NCBI GenBank assembly: GCA_046047915.1 | Contig: JBJOHB010000087.1 | Location: 1-45,487 of the forward strand | Direction of reading: 5' to 3' | DNA: 45,487 bases | DNA from: Cyanobacteriota bacterium | GTDB taxonomy: Bacteria > Cyanobacteriota > Cyanobacteriia > PCC-6307 > Cyanobiaceae | Shown: one piece after another, positions 45,469 through 45,487 of the stretch | How positions within the stretch are numbered: the stretch's first letter is position 1 | How the letters are laid out: each line of letters starts with the position of its first letter | The notes under the pieces: generated by a model | Databases searched by the model: none | What the model was told of the DNA's origin: nothing | Seen by the model: only the letters and a program-made list of their open reading frames with translations | Translations under genes and position numbers: made by a program

Positions 45469-45487
45469 GGCCAGACCTTAGGTCGAT

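Noticed and set aside
1-45487. CRISPR arrays, rRNA/tRNA genes, transposases, integrases, prophage or defence-island hallmarks, and HIP1 (GCGATCGC) over-representation
   Set aside because: Scanning by eye found no spaced direct-repeat array, no recognisable RNA gene, no recombinase- or phage-like translation and no compositional island. GCGATCGC occurs only sporadically (for example near 2287, 18866, 21245 and 27078), not at the density typical of HIP1-rich genomes.

Overview
This is a GC-rich, very tightly packed chromosomal segment. It reads as core genome of a unicellular picocyanobacterium of the Synechococcus/Cyanobium type. Cyanobacterial markers (pcyA, an allophycocyanin-like phycobiliprotein, psb28, chlP, a GUN4/Ycf53-like protein, glnA) sit among housekeeping genes (lptB, typA, glyS, sir, recG, rpsB-tsf, lspA, tadA, secDF, pdhB). 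I call about 48 protein-coding genes, mostly from motifs visible in the supplied translations. Several ORF-track entries needed trimmed starts: pcyA, glnA, rpsB, typA, glyS, lspA, psb28, selU, devB and the first M16 peptidase. Four candidates are missing from the track or hidden in a longer entry: the edge-truncated LptF/G permease, a 51-aa basic protein, a 70-aa membrane ORF and a 31-aa hydrophobic peptide. I found no rRNA, tRNA, CRISPR array, transposase or integrase, and no obvious foreign island. I do not see a clear stand-alone novel system such as a defence island. The items most worth a second look are listed here. (1) A bioY-lspA-(FHA-domain class A PBP)-membrane GTPase block with overlapping or near-abutting reading frames. 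(2) A perfectly 14-nt-periodic triple direct repeat plus a 14-bp palindrome in a spacer between two orphan ORFs. (3) A GUN4-like gene followed by an orphan RsbW-type kinase, head-to-head with selU through a shared CCATGG. (4) pcyA translationally abutting a devBCA-type exporter operon, which ends in a tiny basic protein and a clean terminator. (5) An allophycocyanin-like gene divergent from glnA with an NtcA-like site. (6) An uncharacterised 376-aa protein wedged between tsf and recG. All functional calls rest on motif recognition from memory. No database search was run.
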